Shown in pieces: positions 58,745-64,000 of a DNA stretch of 64,000 nt; positions within the stretch are counted from its first letter, which is position 1, and every line of letters starts with the position of its first letter. The stretch lies in contig OZ025691.1 of the NCBI GenBank assembly GCA_964019335.1, positions 186,001 through 250,000 on the forward strand, read 5' to 3'. The notes under the pieces are model-generated. The model was not told the DNA's origin. It worked only from the letters and a program-made list of their open reading frames with translations, and searched no databases. The stretch is from Diplonema japonicum (lineage: Eukaryota > Protista > Euglenozoa: Diplonemea). The position numbers were made by a program, and so were the translations under genes.

Positions 58745-59409
58745 AATAACTATTTACTAAATAAAAATCAGATTACCTGATTTTTACGAGGAATTTTTTT
58801 TTTTCACGAGTAGTTGAATTTCACGAGCGAAGCGAGTGAAATTCAAAAAAACGAGTGAAAAAAAAAAAATTCCGAGTAAAAATCTGGCTGATTTTTATTT
58901 AGTATGATATTTTACTTAATTTTTGTAAAGTTAAATGAGGAAATTTCGGACACAGTGAACCCTTTTATGTTCACTTCTGCGAAATGTTCACACTGATGTC
59001 AAAACTAAGCCTGATTGCCTGAGAAGACGATGTCAAATTGACAGAATTCTGTAGGTTTTGTGTAATTTGTGTCGGCACTTGATCATCGCACTTCAGAAAC
59101 TGCTGGTTTTGTGCAGGGGCTTGATCAGGTCTGACTTCCAGCCAAAATAGCAGGTTCCTTCATCAACAAGGTATCGTGTAAAAGAACGCCTGTATGCATG
59201 GCCAGTGTAATTTTCGGCATTTGCCGGCCTCAGGTGTGATGCTTGGTGGCTCGGAAACCTGGTAAAGTGTGTTTGTGCCTCTTTTGCCTATACCTGGCTG
59301 TGTTTTGGGCAGGTTGGGTTACGTCTCATATTTTGCAAACCAGTTAATTTATATGTCGAGTGACGTTCGAAGTGATTTCTGATTTTTATGGCTCTTTAGA
59401 AATTTCCTC

Positions 59410-59417
<8 letters not shown>
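58745..59417 (-). mobile_element. Decayed Crypton (tyrosine-recombinase DNA transposon), family 2
   Basis: Palindrome centred on GCGAAGC (58827-58833). IR pair TGAGGAAATTTC / GAAATTTCCTCA. Minus strand 59280-59130 reads GTNTL../ASHLRPANAENYTGHAYRRSFTRYLVDEG..FGWKS (YR HxxR and GW motifs). Confidence 0.8.
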
Positions 59418-59462
<45 letters not shown>

Positions 59463-59480
59463 AGGGGGGGGGAAAAAAAG

Positions 59481-60482
59481 ATGAAGTCCCCCTCCGAAGC
59501 GGTAGAGATTAAAATAGAAGAAATTGTAGAAAATGGGAGCGGGGTGGGAAAGAAGGATTGGGTGAAGATGGTGTCCTTGGGGGTCTTAGTGATACAAAAC
59601 GCAAGCGCGGTGCTGCTAATGAGGTGGACCCGAACAAAGGGGAAGGGCGAGGTCCCGTTCCACGTTGCGACAACGGTGGTGGCGTCCGAGGTGGCGAAAC
59701 TAACAGCATGCCTCGCGATCGTCTTGGCAACCTCTGGGTTCGATTTACAGAAGACAAGCTTTTCCCTTCGACAGGGCTTAATAGAGGAACGATGGCAGGT
59801 TGTCAAACTTCTCATCCCAGCAATTCTGTATACACTACAGAACAACCTCCTCTTCGTGGCTCTTGAAAACTTAGAAGCAACTATGTTTCAAGTTACGTAC
59901 CAACTCAAACTGCTTCTTACCGCCCTTTTCTCGGTTGTCCTTTTAAACAGAAAACTCACGTCATCAAAATGGGCGGCGCTCTTCATGCTATTCTTCGGTG
60001 TTGTTCTAACACAAATACCCGAGAGTGAAACGACGAAGGTTCACCAACAAGGAGACTGGGCAGTCGGTTTCATAGCTTGCTTAATATGTGGAACGAGTAG
60101 TGGGTTCGCTTCTGTTTACTTTGAAAAGGTTCTAAAGCGACGTGGGGAATCGTCCATCTGGATGCGAAACATCCAGCTGGGAGCATCATCACTGCCTTGT
60201 TCCATTATAGCAATGGTGTTCACGCGGTCTGAGCCGTATCCTTTCTTTGAAGGGTACACTTCTTATGTGTATCTTCTTGTTGCTATCCAAGCGGGGGGCG
60301 GGCTCTTGGTTGCTGTTGTTATAAAGTATGCTGACAATATCTTAAAAGGCTTCGCCACCGCCCTCGCCATTCTCCTGTCCGGTCTTGTCAGCGCGCTTTT
60401 CCTTGATTTCACACCCACCACCACGTTCCTTTCCGGTGCCACGATAGTTATCTGCTCCACGGTGTTTTACTCGATTGGATAA
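59481..60482 (+). CDS. SLC35A-type nucleotide-sugar transporter (UDP-Gal/UDP-GlcNAc-like)
   Basis: IPAILYTLQNNLLFVA..NL.A..FQVTYQLK.L.TA.FS, SGFASVYFEK.LK, SIWMRNIQL, GGLLVAVVIKYADNILKGFA. Confidence 0.95.
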   Translation: MKSPSEAVEIKIEEIVENGSGVGKKDWVKMVSLGVLVIQNASAVLLMRWTRTKGKGEVPFHVATTVVASEVAKLTACLAIVLATSGFDLQKTSFSLRQGLIEERWQVVKLLIPAILYTLQNNLLFVALENLEATMFQVTYQLKLLLTALFSVVLLNRKLTSSKWAALFMLFFGVVLTQIPESETTKVHQQGDWAVGFIACLICGTSSGFASVYFEKVLKRRGESSIWMRNIQLGASSLPCSIIAMVFTRSEPYPFFEGYTSYVYLLVAIQAGGGLLVAVVIKYADNILKGFATALAILLSGLVSALFLDFTPTTTFLSGATIVICSTVFYSIG

Positions 60483-60998
60483 GGATGAGGAAGGAAAGAG
60501 ACAGAAAAAAAAAAATAATTTTTTTTTTTTTTTTTTTTTTTGGTTCGCACCCCCTCTTTTCCCCCTTCCCTTTAATTTGTTTTTTAAAAAAAGTTTTTTT
60601 TTTTCCTTAACCCCCCTTATGCGCCCAACTGCTTCTGTAGAAGGAGTTATTGGGTAGTGGTCTTCTCTGGTCTAAACGAAAGGTCTTGAGAACGGTTTTC
60701 AGAAAGTTGCATCTTGTTGCGCACATTGCTCGGGAATTATGTTTCCTCCGAACCCTGCTGGAGTCGTCACAATTATTTGTGTTAACAAAAAAAAAAAAAA
60801 AAAAAAAAGAAAGACTTTAGCATGTTCGGCCCAACGAGGGGCCAAAATCGGGAAAATCCAAATCAATTACCTTCCCCACCTGGGTCATAAGGGTTTAGTT
60901 TTTCTTCCTTTTTTTCTTCTTTTTTTTCTCTCGTATGTGTGGAAGGGAGGGGGGGAGGAAAAAAAAAAAACGAAAACCCATTCAGGTTGCGGGGGTTT

Positions 60999-61241
60999 AT
61001 GCTGGCTCCCCCTCCCCATCCTACCATCACATACATGGATATGCCGGTCCCTGTCGGCCAGCAGATACAGCAACAGGTTGTGGACGTCAGGTATCAGAAC
61101 CAGCAGAATTACAATAATGTATGCAGCAAGAAAAAAACCAAAAAAAAGAGAAAAAAAACAAACAAAGGGCAAACCAGTTCGAGTGGTGCGGGTGGTGCAT
61201 TACGTACAAGCCCCTCCGGGGGGTGTGGAGGTATTTAGCGC

Positions 61242-61275
<34 letters not shown>

Positions 61276-61537
61276 TCTCTCAGTCCGGAGCAACAACAGC
61301 AGCTGCTAGCAGAAGCGCGGACCACCATTGCGCAACAGCAGATGCAGCAGAACCCAAACGGGTACCACTCGATGGTCTCGTCTAACCCGACGCCGAACCT
61401 CCAGCAGCAGAACGGCAACATGAACACCTCGCAAGCATGCATGGCATCGTCAGCAGCGGGAACCTTCGGCTTGGCACACGAACCGCACATTGGATGGCCC
61501 ATGAACCCGATCGAGGTGTTGCAGGTATGTTTGCCCG

Positions 61538-61568
<31 letters not shown>

Positions 61569-62080
61569 AACGGCCCACAGTGGGTTCGCTTGTCATGCTT
61601 AGCGGTGAAGAGCCGGCAAGCGGAAAATGTGCGGTCCGCCTCGGAGAGGCAGGGAGGGTGGTGGAGGACGATGGGTCGTATTACCCTTTTGCGGTTCAAG
61701 GCCCGAGAGGGGACGTTGACTGGTATAGAGACGAAGATCTAGTCATCGTGGGGAATAGGCACATGACGGATGAGCGACAGTTGCTAGGGGACCAGCTGTT
61801 TTCAAGAATAGCCGAGTGGCATCCTGCAACGGCTGCAAAGGTGACTGGGATGTTGTTGGATGGCTTGGACGAAGCTGAGCTGGCATCCCTCCTTGTTGAT
61901 ACAGCCCTGCTCCACCATCGTGTGGGCGAGGCGCATGGCATTCTACTGTCTTGTGCAGTCCCTGATGAAACTTCTGTGAGTAGCCCGAACCTTGCGGCCA
62001 TTCCTTCACCACCGCCACCTATAGATCCCTCGTCACCGCCACTCCCTCCTCTTGGCCCTGTTGATGTCTTTGTCAATTAA
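60999..62080 (+). CDS. Gln-rich protein with SH3-like segment and MLLE/PABC domain, 4 coding exons
   Basis: Introns 61119-61167, 61231-61275 and 61525-61567, plus a possible 5'UTR intron 60933-60985. RQLLGDQLFSRI..HP..AAKVTGMLLD.LD..EL..LL..L...V.EA..IL is an MLLE domain. Confidence 0.8.
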
Positions 62081-62092
62081 GGGTGGAGGGAA

Positions 62093-62125
<33 letters not shown>

Positions 62126-62240
62126 CTCGCATTTACACAAGGGGGCAAAAAAAAAAAAAAAAAGAAGAAAAAAAAAAAGAAAAGAAAAAAGAGGAAAAAA
62201 AAAGGGGGGTTTTGGTCCGCCGTGGCTTTTAAACGTTGTT

Positions 62241-62278
<38 letters not shown>

Positions 62279-62859
62279 ATACCTGCAAGCATCTGGGCTC
62301 GAAAAAGTTCCTCTTTTTTTTTTTTGTTTCCCCTTCTTTTTTTTTCTTCCCTTTTACTCCCTTTTTTTATTTTCCCTAATCCTTGTAAATCTCTCTCTCT
62401 TTTTTTTTTTTTTCCTTCTTTTTTTCTAGTACAAAGTCTCTTTTTTTTTCTCCTTTTTTTTTTCTTTTTCCCTCTTTCGTTTGCAAAAGAGAAAACAAAA
62501 AACAAAACAAAAAGATGGAGAAGGGGGAGAAACACACAATAGCAGATTTTATGGTCTCGAGAAAAAAAAAAAAAAAAAAAAAAAAAACGAGAAAAAAAAA
62601 CCAGCTGTGTGTCAGAGAGAAGCCCGAGGCAATGTACTATTGTTCTTTGTTGGGGGGGGGGGGGGGGGGTCCTGGGTTTCTGCTGCCCTCTCTTCCTTCT
62701 TCCACATACCTTATTGTTAGATATTGAATAAGCTCAGTCCCGTTCCCCCCCCTTTTTTTTTCTTTCTTCCTAAAAACAAGGAGAACAATCAACCAAAAGA
62801 AGAAGAAAAATGCATTTACACTGAACCCTCTCCTTTTTCCCTCTCCCCCTTGTACTTCG

Positions 62860-62899
<40 letters not shown>

Positions 62900-63170
62900 C
62901 CCTCCATTCCTTCTACCCCACCTAGGTACATACCAAGCAAGAAAAACAGAACGAGAAAAAAAAAGGGGAAATTGTAAGTTATTTTTTTCCCCCCTTTCTA
63001 TTTCATGTTCTATTTCTTTTGTGTCAAATAAAGGAGAGAGAGGGAAATGAACAGGGATTTAAAAAAAAGAAAAAAAAAAGAGAAAAAAAAAAAGCAAGAA
63101 ACTCTTTCTTTTAATTGTTTTCTTCCTTTTTTTATTTCCCTCTCTTGGCTGTCCTTCTACCTTTCTCTCT

Positions 63171-63214
<44 letters not shown>

Positions 63215-63645
63215 TGGTATATTTTCTTTCATCTCCATCCTGTTCATAATCGGGATTATAAACACAACCTAGTCTAGATACATGGGGAAAAAGCAAAGAA
63301 ATAGAAAGTTGTGTTGCTGGGGTATAGGTCTAAAAAAAAGAAGAAAAAAGAAGAAAAAAAAAACCTTGCTTGGCTCAGTGGTTCTACCCCTTTGGTGTAC
63401 AAATTCCTTTTCGCCTCCCCTCTTCATTTGTTTTTTTTTTTTTTTCTTCTTTTTTTTGGAGAACAAAAAAAAAGAAGAAGAAGAAATGACATTTCTCAAA
63501 GGAGAGAGAACATTTTATCTGTGGAGAAATGGTGGTCTGCCACTCATCCGGTTTTTCACCTCCTTCCCCCTCCAAAAAAAAAAAAAAGAAAAAGTCCAAA
63601 AGAAATAACTAACATAACCACTTTTAACATATTTCCACCGACCTT

Positions 63646-63726
<81 letters not shown>

Positions 63727-64000
63727 TCATCTTTCTCACTCTTCCCAGCTGCACATACCCTGTCCCCTTCATTGTGTCTACCCTAAAAACTCGCCTCCCT
63801 TCCATTTTTTTTTCTCCTTTGTTTAAAAAAAAAAAAAAAAAAGAACTGTATAAAGGCCACAAAAAACTTCCAAGAAACACTCAAGTGCACCCTTTTTTTC
63901 TCACCTATACCTCCTTCTTCTTTTTTTTTCCTTCATTTCTTTTGTCACCACTTTTTCTTTTTTTTTTTTTTTTTTTCTTTCTCTGTTGCCGTGCCCCATA

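Noticed and set aside
48157-60482. Functional glycosylation gene cluster (O-FucT-like + nucleotide-sugar transporter)
   Set aside because: The genes are about 10 kb apart with unrelated genes between, and euglenozoan polycistrons are not generally function-clustered.
3627-61567. Absolute AG|G rule or an introner family behind all introns
   Set aside because: Several YAG acceptors are followed by A or T, and intron bodies share no sequence beyond GTA(T/G) and homopolymers.
991-63880. Numerous poly-Lys/poly-Phe/poly-Gly ORFs in the ORF track
   Set aside because: They are translations of intergenic or intronic A/T/G/C homopolymers, which lack stop codons by composition. No domain content.

Overview
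Gene-dense eukaryotic nuclear DNA, most likely from a diplonemid (Euglenozoa); this is an inference. About 24 protein genes all lie on the + strand, as in a polycistronic unit. A kinetoplastid/diplonemid-type spliced-leader (SL) 3' end is present, and genes carry very short (39-73 nt) GT-AG cis-introns, most with poly(A) rather than polypyrimidine bodies. Intergenic DNA is dominated by homopolymer tracts, so most short ORFs in the track are artefacts. There are two tRNA genes (iMet-CAT, Ile-AAT). Mobile DNA comprises a near-full-length but inactivated APE-RT non-LTR retrotransposon (34363-40570), a 42-bp orphan copy of its 3' end (25508-25549), a decayed piggyBac, Crypton-type hairpin elements (one with a tyrosine-recombinase remnant) and MITEs. 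The top candidate for an undescribed system is the retrotransposon. It starts with an SL-exon relic plus GT, ends in a hairpin plus T-tract rather than poly(A), and sits in T-tracts. It links ORF1 to ORF2 in one frame through a UGA-CUA readthrough context followed by a 2A-like StopGo peptide. The second candidate is an A-tract micro-intron grammar (acceptor YAG|N or AAG|G). All intron calls come from reading-frame and motif restoration, not transcripts, and homopolymer lengths may be unreliable.
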